DNA of 64,000 bases from Moniliella sp. 'wahieum' (lineage: Eukaryota), in the NCBI GenBank assembly GCA_003971905.1, contig RSEE01000021.1:434001-498000 (forward strand), read 5' to 3'. Of this stretch, positions 50,691 through 62,343 are shown piece by piece. Positions within the stretch are counted from its first letter, which is position 1; the number at the start of each line of letters is the position of its first letter. Made by a program: the position numbers and the translations under genes. The notes under the pieces were generated by a model that searched no databases, had not been told where the DNA came from, and saw only the letters and a list, made by a program, of their open reading frames with translations.

Positions 50691-52565
50691 GGAACATTAA
50701 GCAGCGAATCGCCACAGGGGCTAAGCTGCGGAACAAGGAAAAACATGAGAGAAAACAACGAACTCCCAGGCCTGAGAAGGAACTGAAGGACATTGGCCAA
50801 AGCACGAGCCACTGATGCCTGATGCCTGATGGCTCAGCACCCTAAGGGTATCTTCCGGTCTCTTCGTTTTGTTGGTATACATGATTATACCTTTCTAGTA
50901 ATATATGCTGACTGGTAGGGGGGGATACCAAAGCTGTGGAAGACAATTCTTGAAGTATATATGCCTCATCGACTCACCGACCTCATCAGCGTTTCTTTTG
51001 TCACCCTGTCTTGATCCTTGTTGAATACAAAGGATGGCTACCGCAGGGCGAGTCTCCTAACGAAAGACCTCCGAAGGATGCCACCGAGGATGTTTCATCT
51101 GTTCCGGCGGCTGCGGCGAAGTGGACGGCCGCACCGGAGCCGCGCGAGTCCTGTTATTAATAACTACTAAGGTACTAAGTACTAAGGCCTAATCAGAAGG
51201 CCCCTTAAATTCCTTAAAAGCTCCTTGAGCTTTAAGACTGACCCAAAGCCTGTGCCCACGCATATGTGCCAGTAACCGACTTTGATCGTCAATATTCAAT
51301 CTGGTCCGTCCACACCTAGGACAAAACACTCTTGTGGGCGAGGAAACAGCGCGGGGCTCTCTCCTAAGGCCCATGACCTATAAGCGCTATAAGCCTGAGG
51401 TCTGAGGCTTAGATCTGAAGTCCTGAGGACCTTGGGGACCTCTGGGAGGGGCCTGAGGTGAGGGGCGCGATGTGCGAGAGGGTGTAACGTGTACGTCTGT
51501 TGTGTAGGTGCGGGGCGTTTTGTGCCAGGTTGTGTCCCTGCGTGCTTCTCCCCGCGATCACCGGTCACCCGACCATCGACCAAACGCACGCGTCAGGCTC
51601 CAAAGCTTCAAGCTCTTCAAGTTCGATCAAGTTAGCGGCCAGCGGGCTCAGGCACTCAGGAGCTCAGGCGTCACGCGTCACACGTCACAACCTCGCATGT
51701 CACATGTCACATGTAGCCTGCAACATATCACAGATCTCAGATCTCGATCTCCGAGCTTGGCCAGTGCTGGATCTGTTTGAGCTTGTGGCTTGACCAGTGA
51801 CCGTGACCAGTGACCGCCCCTTGACCCCGCACCGGCATCTGGGGGCGGCGGGATGGCGTATGAACGAGGCGGAAAGTCAGTTCTCAGTCCTCAGTACTCC
51901 GTTACTCTCTGCCCAGGACCCAGTCGCTCTCTGCCGCACTAGTCACTAGTCACTCTGGCCGTTCGCTGTTCCTGTCTGCGACGCGTACATCGCGCCACAC
52001 TGCCCCCGATGGGACGAGCAGGGGCCGCTTTGTGCCGCCCCGCCACCCCACGCGGATGCCGCCACTCCCCCAAGCGTTGATATTGATACGCTGATAGGTC
52101 CATCATCGATCCATCATCGATGAAAGACGTGCCTCCGGCAGTGTGTCTCTGATACATGGTGCATGGCAGGGTATAGCCGGCAGCAGTACAGCTTGGGGGG
52201 CCTCGCGCCTCCACGCCTCCCCACGCCTCCACTGCCTCCCTGCGCCCCCCTGTGTAGGCCGCTGCGGGCTGGGTCCGAGATGTGGGGACAAGCCGGAGAG
52301 GACGAGGAGAGGGACCACTAACAGGTAACGACACTGGGTACTGCCTGGGACTGCACTGCGGCCTCTCCGCCCTCGTTTGGGCCGAACCGCCGCTTCGGCT
52401 TCACAGCCACTGTCGCCTGTTTGGCTGTGCCAGGCGCTGTCCTGGACACTGGCTGGTGATCTCTCGATCATCGATCACTCGTATTTAACCCCCGCCTTTC
52501 CGAGCCCCGAGCACGCCCGCTTCCATTTGGGCCCGCCAACTCGGATAACCTTGACGACCCACACC

Positions 52566-53043
52566 ATGTCTGCCGAACCCACTGCTGCCGACGTTATCCT
52601 GAGACCGTGCCCGAGGAGGCGGGTGCGCCTGCCGCCGCCGCCCCTGCCCAGCGCCGGGATTCTTCCGCCGCATCTCGCACCAGAATCATCCCGACCGTCC
52701 TGGGTTCTTGCGCAAGTTCTCCCATCAAAAGGAGTCTAAGACGCCCTCGCGTCCTGGTACGCCTGGTACACCTGGCACGCCTTCCGAAGAGCAACCTGAA
52801 CGCCCAGGATTCATTCGTCGTATTTCCCACCTGTCCGAGAAGGGCTCTGCTTTCCCCTCGCGCCCCCGCCCGGGTTCCGGTCCGGCATCGGGTGCGGCTA
52901 CACCCACCCATGAGAAGACCCATGCGCTCACCCAGGAAGAGCTCGATGCCCCCTGGGCCGAAACTTGGGCCAAGAAGCAAGCCGAGCACAAGAACAAATT
53001 CGGATCCTTTGCCGAGCCAGGCGGAGGAAGTGGTGGATACTGA
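52566..53043 (+). CDS. Small hydrophilic hypothetical protein
   Basis: TATTTAA at about 52482 and a good ACCATG context. Joined frames give MSAEPTAADV...PGFLRKFSH...SRPGTPGTPGTP...RPGFIRRISH...HKNKFGSFAEPGGGSGGY*. Confidence 0.6.
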
Positions 53044-56000
53044 GAAGCCCCCTCTTCTCTCAGATTGGCCTAGTCCACCTTGCGTCCATATGTGCTTCAA
53101 CAGCGCTTCCAGCACGTGAAGGTGTTTTACTTTACTTTCTTGAGTGTGGATATACTCTTTGGTTCCCCTTCTTGATTTTTTCGGCTTAGTGGCAGGTGCA
53201 TGCTATTGCCACAATTGCGACTATTCCCCCTCCCACTGCCTCTTCTCCTATATACTGTTGGGCCCTTCAGAAGCTTTACAACACATCCGTCTACCTTTTA
53301 TGAAGTGGGCGATGTATACCAGAGGCGAATGGAGTTGAATGTCCTATTCTCGTCTCAGCCTACTTTTCTCGTTACATGGTTCAATCCATAGTACAGCACC
53401 GCTGGCAACAGAAACTTTTATTTTCCCTGGCAGTGGTGGGCTACCAAGTAACACACACAAGATGAACCGGTCGGTTTAGGCGTAGCGTTTCCCTGTCCCA
53501 ATCTTAAGCTCTGTCAATGATATGGATGCGATATAGGACAGGGGGATTCTCGCATGCTCACGCATGCTGGCACGCTCATAAGATGCATGATTGATGCATA
53601 ACGCGATGACTCTGGGTTACATGACATGCGACTCACATTGTCCCACCTACGCCGCGTGTGAACACGGGGGCAGACGGAGCATTGCAACTGCGGCCCAGTC
53701 TCTTCTTGTCCGCTTTTCAAGGTCTTCAAGCTTTCCTAGACCCTCCCCCATCTCCTCCTGCATGGGGCTTTACTTGGCTTCACAAAATTGGCGAAGTTCA
53801 TAATAGTGATCAAAAGCTTATTAAGGAAGAGTGATGATATTGGTATGTTGTTTAAGCAGTTCCAGAGATCTCTGGCATGGACCTGCCAAAGACCTTTGTG
53901 GCCAAAACGAAAGCATGGAGGGTCCCGGAGGAGTATATTAGCACAGCGCATACGCGCAGCAGGTGTAAGGTTATGCACAGCGAACATCAGAAAACGCTAT
54001 CACCACAACATATCGTGATCGTACAGATATGTCCTGCAGACAGGGGTTCGTGCGGCCAGCACAGTTTTACTCATCGCCCAGCGGGAGGGCCATGCCATTT
54101 TATACAATGCATCACTGCATCACCGGTATCTGCGTCACCACTTTTCTCTGTATGTCTCGACGGAGTGTATAATACAGAAAGGGTTATACGTTACCGGAGT
54201 TGCTCCTCTGAGGGTTTGATTCGCCTTGATTCGAGCCATTTTTCCTGAGCACTCTCCCGGGGGATAACTATAAACATATCGTACCCTTGTAGTTGACTGA
54301 GCAGTGTCCACCATCCAGGCAATAGCGATAGGCGGGTCTCGGTACTCAGTCGTAGCACTGAAGGGATTCCTCCATAGCACAGTAAACATGAAGTTGAGCA
54401 AAGGATACTCATGAATTCACCTGCATCAGTATAAGGTGGAATGTAATCGTTCACAACGTATGAATTTAGGAATGGCAAGTGTGCGCAGATGAAACGGTGG
54501 GGCAGGTTGCTATACACTTGTGCTGGTAGGTGAAATGGAAGAGAAGCCGCCTGCTAAACTGGTTGGGTCATGGAACGAAAAAGGGAAAAGGATGAGAAAA
54601 AGAAGCTGTTGAAAAAGTTTGGACCGTCAGCGTTTATCCTTTCTCCCCAACCGTGACGCCAATGCCAAGACTTGAATCCACATTCAAGAATATGGGAACG
54701 TACCTCGTATCTGTTAGTAAACATCGTTGACCCATTGGTCGTTTAACCGAATGGCCTTCTACCTTCCCACGGAAGGAGTTGTTGCTGGAAGGATCCTTTC
54801 GTGTGAACCGGGGTTCATGGAACAGAGATAAACTGGGACCGCGTCAGACACGCACACACGAGGGCGTGTTCTCTTTGGTAAAATGCCATCATTCTGCACA
54901 GTCTCGACCTACTTGATGTAGGTGAGACGGAGAGACTTGCTAAAACTGGGTCAACTCCGTGGCTCATTGCTCAACAGTTGAGTCAGAGTGACAGGTTGAC
55001 GGAGAAATGTGCAACGTTCGGGCTCAGGCATGGGCAGTGACCTTATGGGTCGAGGCGCAAGGGGGGGCATAGCTGACCCATCGGACGGCAAAGCCATCCC
55101 TCCCAACGAAGGTGCCACCCCTTTTGGACCGTCATTCGAGCATTGGATAAGGTGCTGCACACCGCGGCCAGGCATATAAACGCGAACGGCCAGCGAAAGG
55201 GGATGAAGTGTGGTCACAGTTCCTTTAAAATTGGACGAGAGAGGGGACATTGCGTCCAGAGTGAGCTGGCGTAGCGGTGGTGGTGGGGCGATGGAGATGG
55301 GAAAGCGAACGACGACCGGGCGAGCCACAGGTCTTTTAAGAGTACTTTTCTATAGGGGTGGCGAACACAAGTGGGGGGTGCACAGGGCGCAAGCTATGTT
55401 CGCAACCCCTACTTGTGGAGGAGGCGCAGGGGCGGTTCGAGAATGAGACTGCTCCAATGCGAGACGACCGAGGAAATAGCTCTCCACCGCACGGTGTTGT
55501 GAGAGCTTTCAATGAAGAGGGCACAGGGCCAGCGTATTCGGCTCTGAGATCTGACTCGGGTCATGCGCATGACACCCTCTGTCATCTTCAGGCGATGGCG
55601 GCGGGAGGAGCCACTTTTGGCCAGGGGCGTGGGAAGCAGCAGCCCAATAAATGCCTGGCGGGGTGTCAATATTGTCAATCGTCTCCCTTCCTCCGTTTCG
55701 TCCCAGCCCGTCTCGCCCGGCATGCTGCTGGCTGTGGTTCATAGTAGGGTTTCCACTTGAACGTTATATAGGCCGCACGAGCCACGCGAAAGTCAGTGGG
55801 TGGAGATGAGACCAAGACACGGTGTGTGGAGAGCAGAGATGAATATTGCATCCTCGATGGCTTGAGGCCTGAGGGAGGACATGGAGGGAGTATGGCAAGA
55901 GTACGCCGCATGAGCGACACGTGACATGGGAACCAGTGACAACTGTGACAGTGAAGCGTACAGTGTGACAGTGACATCCAAAGTGCCTAAGCGCCTCCTC

Positions 56001-56434
56001 AGCGCCTCAGCGCCGAAAGGGCATGTGACAGGATGTGACGCCCGTATCACACCTCCTTTTCAACTTTCAGAGGCGTGCCTGGCCATCGCGTCTACCGATC
56101 TCTGTTTCGCCCGTGAACTTGTGCTTTTGATGCAGTTGGCTGGGTTCGGTGGCGGTGAGCGCGTGCTGACGTCATGCACGTCATAGGGATGGCGATGGAG
56201 CTGCACCAAGCAGGTGGTTGAGCCGATGAGCGATGGGCCTCAGGCCCTCATCGATCATCGCTGAGCGCCGCGCGCCCCCACATTAACGCTCAGGTGGCCA
56301 GGCTCAGGCTTGGCCTTACCCTGGCTTATCCCATTCGCCCAGCTCGCCCGGTTATCGTTCGTTCCGCGCCACCACCGCCTCTTTCTCCCCCGCTTGTTCT
56401 TCCTCTTTTTCTTCCTCTTCGTCAGCCTCACAGC

Positions 56435-57386
56435 ATGTCACACAAGTGGGATCGTCTCGGTCTCAAGGCTGCCAACGTGGTATCTTTTGTGCTCTTCTTT
56501 CGTCCAATGCCTATGCCGCTCTGGTCCCGCGTCATGCTGGCTGGGGGGCTGGCCCACACGAAACGTACCTCACTCCTGCTGCGTGGCTTTTTGCCACATG
56601 GCCCTTGATCCACACCTTACTCCTGGGCATGCTGGTGTACCAATTTACCGATGCCGGTTATGACCCAGTGATCAAGACGGTCGGGTGGCGCTTTCCCGTC
56701 CTTGCCGTACTGGTGAGCATCTATTCCTACTGGAACTCGCGCCCGACAAACGAGCACCCGCACCGTCTGTCCTCTGTGTTGGCCTTCTGTGCTTTGCTGG
56801 CTGCGGCGGGTGTGGTGTCCGCCATTTATCGGGACGCACGGCAGCGGACCAAGAACGACCCTACTACGTCCCTCCCGCGCGCCACGAGTTGGGGAGAGAC
56901 ACTTTTTGTTCAATGGCCTTTTAGTCTCTACCATGGTTTCAATGCTGTTCTCCTCGCTGTCGCTGCTTTTTCAGCATTCGGGGTCAACGCCAACAAACAC
57001 AGGCCTGGGGTCGTTACTGATGTTGCGGCTTTTGTCACACTTCTTTGTCTTGAAGCCACGGCTGCCGGCTACGTTGTACGTACCTACCTCGCTGATCCAT
57101 TTCTCTCCCGAGCAGCTCATCTGACGTCCTGTAGTATTACGGCAATGGTGATGCGGGCGGTGCTGTGGTAATTGCGGCAGGTTTGCTGGCCATTGCTGAG
57201 CACCAACAAAAAGCGCGCTTCATCCATTGGTCGGCGCTTATTTTCTTCGTCTTGACCCTCCTGGCGCTTGTCCGAGCCAGTGCCGATGCCAAGTACCGCA
57301 GCCGCCGGTGGAACACAACCGCGACGGATGAAGAGCGGGCGCCTGTGTTGGCTGAAGCTGCGGCAGCTGTGACACCGGCGAGTTAA
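56435..57386 (+). CDS. Conserved fungal multi-pass membrane protein (DUF1774/TspO-like, tentative)
   Basis: LKAANVVSFVLFF.SNAY, ETYLTPAAWLFATWPLIHTLLLGMLVYQF, VGWRFPVLAVL, LFVQWPFSLYHGF, FIHWSALIFFVL. Intron 57076-57134. Confidence 0.8.
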
Positions 57387-57599
57387 TCTGGGTATAGGTT
57401 CTGGTTATGATCATGTTATCTTTTTTTCCTCTTTTGGGTTGCCTCTACTTCACTGAACGCTGAACGGGCTGGCCTTTTAATCTCCCTCAAAAACTTCGCG
57501 TGAAACGGTCAATTGTGAGGATAGAACAGAGCAACAGAGACGAATCGTATCAGGGGGCGGTGGAAGGGTAAAACGAAAACAAAAAGGTCCACAATGAGC

Positions 57600-58997
57600 T
57601 TAACTGTAAATGTAGTCGTCATAGTATGACGCCGTTGGGTTCGAGATGCTTTCCGACCCGCAGAACGATAAGCAGTGAGTCCTTCGAATCGTAGTAATCG
57701 CTGTAAGGATCCGCACCATAGTCGTCCAGCACCGGCGAGTTGGAGTACGAGTTCTCGCGGTAGCGGTCGTACCCTTTGTCATCAAACCGTCATAAGATCG
57801 GGTGCGTAGCGCTCCGTGAACCGGTTGGGCGCTGCATTCTTGTATCGGTCATAAGACGTGACCGTCGGCCGCGATTTAGACTGAGGGTACGCTGCTGTAT
57901 CTGACCCAGAGTGGTAGCTCTCGGCCCCCGTCGCATATGTCGTGGCGTACGTGGGGAAATCGTCGTAGGGAACTGAGGAGTACCCGTATGATCCACGTTT
58001 GCTGCTTGACACTGTACGGGGTTTGGCCTCCATTGGAACGTACTGTCCCCTGACCGACCATGGCAGAGGAAGGTAGAATCCCGGGTGGGCAAAAAGGAAC
58101 ACCTAGCATATTTTCACGTTAGGTCCAAGGCGTGACCGAGGTACGGGTGCAAGGGGGTACGGGGGCATAAGGAGGGTCGCTTACCCAAATTGCTACCGCG
58201 ATCATAGCACCATCAAAGATGCAGAACCAAATTTCAGTGGTAGACAGGCGTCCAACCCAACCCTCCTTCATCTCTGCGCAACGGTAAGCGCACCGACAGA
58301 GAATGAAGATGGTGGAGATGAAAGTTGCCCACGAGACACGGATCGTGCCCTTAGTCCAGCGGTCGTGGTTCAAGCCCTCTTTCCAAGCGCGGTAATGGCG
58401 ATAGTGGAAGTCCAAGAAGAGCATGAGGAATGGCCCAGTCACAAGCACTTGAATGATCACTCCGGCCAGGGCGATGTCAGACCCATGGCGAACACCCTTG
58501 CTTGTAGCTGCTGTTGCGCTCATCGCACCACCGGCAGCCTGGACAACGAGCGAAAGGATGTCGCCACTGATGAAGATGATAAAGTAAACTTTAGTGCTCA
58601 GCCGGGCCATTTCATTACCAACACAGAGCGTAATGCGCTCCAGCGCCACATAGTTGGCCGCGCTGATAAAGATGGGGCTGATGATGAGGCAGATAAGCTG
58701 GACAAGGTAAGGGGTGCGGCTGAAAAAGTCATAGTGGCTCGTGGTGCGCGCAGCCCAGCCGGCCAGCTCGCCTCCGGCGCAGACGGTGGCCAGGAGCATG
58801 AAGCCTCCGCGCTGGAAGCGGCCGGGCCAGATGGCGAAGAGGAGGTGGGTGAGGAAGGCGGCGGCATAGATGCAGGAAAAGAGGACGCCGACCCAGAGGG
58901 TGGGGATGTAGCGATAGGGCGCATGCTGAAGCTGGCAGATGGAGCCAGGTGTGTTGTCGATGGCGACACACTTGGATACCTCGGAGTAGGCGCCCAT
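57600..58997 (-). CDS. RTA1/Rsb1-like 7-TM lipid-translocating exporter family protein
   Basis: YRYIPTLWVGVLF, GELAGWAAR, YLVQLICLIISPIFISAANY, FISGDILSLVVQAAGGAM, IALAGVIIQ, RCAYRCAEM.EGW.G.LSTTEIWFCIFDGAMI|VFLFAHPG. Intron 58184-58103; Tyr/Asp-rich C-terminal tail. Confidence 0.95.
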
Positions 58998-59455
58998 CTC
59001 CACGGCACTGCTGGTCGAAGGGAAGGAGGAGGAGGCAAGGCGGGCAGGGCAGGCAGGAGTTGAGAATGTGATGCCGTGGGAGCCGCCCAACGCCAAGCTC
59101 ACCTAGAGTACCAAACCCGCTTTGCGGGGCGAAACGCATCGCGACTGCCGCTCTGCCTCAGTCTGCGCAGCACGGCAGAGCACTTACGCAAGCCGTCGCT
59201 GCAGGCCGTCTCGTCCCCGCTTAGGTACCGGTTGTTGTTGAAAACATGCACGCATGGTTCCGCCTGGGCGGAATGGAGCGTCAATGGAGCGTCACCTCCT
59301 GGTCACCTTTTTGCAGCTTAGAAATGGGCTGGGGCACCAGGGCACAGTGCGGGCGTTTGTCCCATCACCCCCGCACATCACGCGCCCTGCCTCGCCCTCA
59401 GCGCCCCCCAGCACGCCCACATCCCGGCCTTGGCCCCCTCAGGCCTCACCCCACA

Positions 59456-60073
59456 ATGTTGTTTGCGTCAGCCCTGCGGACGCCTCTGGCGCGCACGTCC
59501 GTGCGCAGCCTCAGCACCAGTGCTCGCGCTTCCTTCATTGGCAAGGCCGGTCCTGGACAGACCTCTCTGCCGTGTCTGGCAAGACGGGCTCCCGGGATCT
59601 GGCCGCGGAGGAGGCGCGTCTCGCCCAGGCCCACACCGCGGACATGGTCAGCGACGCCCCGCCCGAGCTGGCGCAGCGTCCTGTGCGCATCTTTCGCCCC
59701 AACAAGTCGGCCACTACGTCGGGAAAGGCGGGTACCGCGACCTGGCGTGTAGACTGGGATATTCTTCAGGGCTCGGGCCGGTGGGAGAACCCGTTGATGG
59801 GCTGGGCTTCCTCTGCCGATTACATGCAAGGGACCAGCATGAAGTTCAAGACGAAGGAGGACGCTATCCATTTCTGTGAAAAGCAAGGTACGCAAGCGCA
59901 CCCCGCTAGGTGGGAGAGGGCACCTACGGTGGGCTCATCCACTAACTCATTCTTACCCATCCAGGATGGCCCTTCTTTGTCCAAGAGCCTCACGTCTCGC
60001 GTATCCCACCCAAGAGCTATGCAGCAAACTATAGCTATGCGCCCGGCAAGTTGCGCATTGTGACACCAAGTAA
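59456..60073 (+). CDS. NDUFS4: NADH:ubiquinone oxidoreductase subunit NDUFS4 (18-21 kDa, NUYM)
   Basis: Presequence MLFASALRTPLARTSVRSLSTSAR; RPVRIFRPNKSATTSG, RWENPLMGWASSADYMQG, KFKTKEDAIHFCEKQG|W...PPKSYAANY. Intron 59888-59964. Confidence 0.97.
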
Positions 60074-61318
60074 ACTGTCTGATCGCACCTTCTTGCTTTG
60101 TTGCATACCCTGATTCTGTAGTCTGGCTAGCAGCTGGAGGGTAAGATTGTTCTCGTGCTGTGGCTCAAGTTATGATCAAGGGGCCAGTAGAGGATAGGAA
60201 AGCAAAGTGTTCCAAAAAGGTGGAAGATGGTGAGACAACATCGGCAGCTATATACTAGGTTGTAGGAGGCGATGGGGTGGAAGGGGTGCTAGAACGGCAG
60301 TATCGACGGATGGAAGATGTAGTGGGAGGCTGATTCATTGTCAAGGGTGCCAGTCAGGTAGGAAAACTCTTTCCTGCATGACGCGCCAATAGTGAGCAGT
60401 GAGCGCTGTGAGCACTGCGGTGGGTCTTCCCTCGGAGCTCCCGGGTTCATGGGCACGAATTTAGGTGATGAAGGCCTTGTCCCATCGAAGGGTATGCAGG
60501 TGGGTGTGGCGGCGTGTGGCCTCCTTGATTGAGGGACTGCCTGCCTGTCAGAACCAAGAGAAGCAAATCCAGCGGTGCGGGTCCTATTGAATAAGCGAAT
60601 CAGAAGTGGAAGTGTTTCACCTGGTGAGAATCGTCGTCCCAACGACTGCCTAACAGCAGTACTCGCCGAGCGGCGAGCGAGGCGGGTGAAGAAGCAGGAT
60701 GCAGATCAAACCACTACGCGCGAGGACCGTGACAAGGAGCCAATAGGGCGAGGTATGTCGCAACCGTCTACACGGAGGCCCAGACGGGTACAGTTCGCAT
60801 TGCTGTGACAATTGGAAGAAGCCCTCCGCGTGCACTCGACTCGCCTGATGAGGCGGTTAGTACCGTGCCGCCGCGTTTCGTCTGGTGGGGGTGGCAAAAT
60901 GAGGATGCTGGCGGCGCTTGCTTGCAGATTCAACCACTGGTTGAAAGTGCTTTGAAGGAAGGATTGAAAAGCCAACCTTGAGTGTGTTGAGGCTTGAAGC
61001 TTCAAGGCGCCTCAGACGATGTGGAGATGAATATACTCCTGTCGTTGATGGCAGCCGAGAGCTGCGTGTTGTCCTGTTGTTTCTCTGCCCGCCAGCGCTG
61101 CGTTGGCGGTGGTGCAATTGAAATTGAAAGTTGCATTCCACAATGCTTTGTGTGGATCATCGATCTCGCTCGCAGGCTCATCACCCTCACGCCCCACGTG
61201 CATCACGTGGCCCAATTGTCAGCATCACCCTGCCGCTGCCACTCGAGGCAAGAACTGGGTCGAGCAAGCATCAAGAACGACATCGGCCTCACCATCGCCC
61301 CATCCACATCCATCAGAC

Positions 61319-62343
61319 ATGCTGCCCATCACATCTCGGGGCGTGCTCCCCGCGGTCCGCGCCGCTGTGCGACCAGCCATGGTCACGGCCCACACCCCAA
61401 GGCCAGCTATGCGGGCCTTCGCCTCCACGCGCGCCGCTGGCCGGCCCACTTCTGTCCCACGTACCTTCACTACCGCAGCTGCCGCGACCGCTGTTTCTTT
61501 GGTCTTGTACACCTGGCTGGGACAGCCGCTCTCTCTCGAAGCGCCTGCTCCCTCGGAACTTCTGGGGACGGATGTCGGTGATAACTTTTTCTCTGACCCG
61601 ACCACCGGTGTGGCCTTCCCCAAGCGTTCGTCGCTTATAAAAGCGGACTCTACCGATGCGAACGAGGCTGCCCCCTTGGGCGAACTTGATTTGCTTGGAA
61701 CAGGTGTGCGCACCGTCACCTTTCTCCGTGTAAGAGTATATGTGGCTGGATTTTACACCAACGTTGCCCAGGCGACCAAGGTACTTCAGTCAGCCAAGCT
61801 GCCTGATGATGCTCCTTTGGACGAGGTGGTGGGAACGCTACTGGATGCTGGCGTACCCTTCGCAGTCCGAATCGTGCCCGTACGGACTACCGACTTTTCC
61901 CATATTCACGGTGGGCTTACACGTGCCGCAGCCGGACGCGCCAAGCTTCTTCCTGCTTCCGAGTCCGAGCCGGACGAGGTCGAGGAGAAGCTGGCAGCAA
62001 GGATTCGGCTCTGTTCAAGTCACTGTTTGCGAAACGGACAAAGATTCACAAGGGCCACACCCTCGATCTTCTCTTCCAGCGTGTCGCACTCAAGGATCGC
62101 GCTACCACGGCGGTCACTATTGCTCACGATGGGGTGGCACTGGGTACGGTCGTACCTCAAGTCCATGGCACACCCCTCACCCGCAACCTGGTCCTGGCCT
62201 ACGTGTCACAGGGCAACGTGCCTTCTCCTCCGGTACGTTCTTCGATTAGTGCGATGCGCATCAAACTAACATTGTAACGCCTTGACGTACAGTTACGAAA
62301 AGCCGTGGAAGAATCTTTTGACCATATCAAGTCCCTTTCTTGA
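61319..62343 (+). CDS. Mitochondrial chalcone-isomerase-fold protein (Aim18/Aim46-like)
   Basis: Presequence-like N-terminus plus TM; DPTTGVAFP, LLGTGVRTVTFLRVRVYVAGFY, AVRIVPVRTTDFSHIHGGLTRA, LVLAYVSQGNVPSPP|LRKAVEE. Intron 62233-62292. Confidence 0.9.

Noticed and set aside
53500..55000. Lower-GC stretch with short minus-strand ORF fragments as a gene or transposon
   Set aside because: No recognisable domain, terminal repeat or consistent frame, so I cannot support a call.
60289..61141. Additional gene between NDUFS4 and the Aim18-like gene
   Set aside because: Only short ORFs on both strands with no recognisable motif or clear splice structure.
6403..61836. GTGGGAA CSL-binding sites as a local regulon
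   Set aside because: The occurrences I noticed are scattered, several lie in CDSs, and they do not look more frequent than chance; no clustering upstream of genes.
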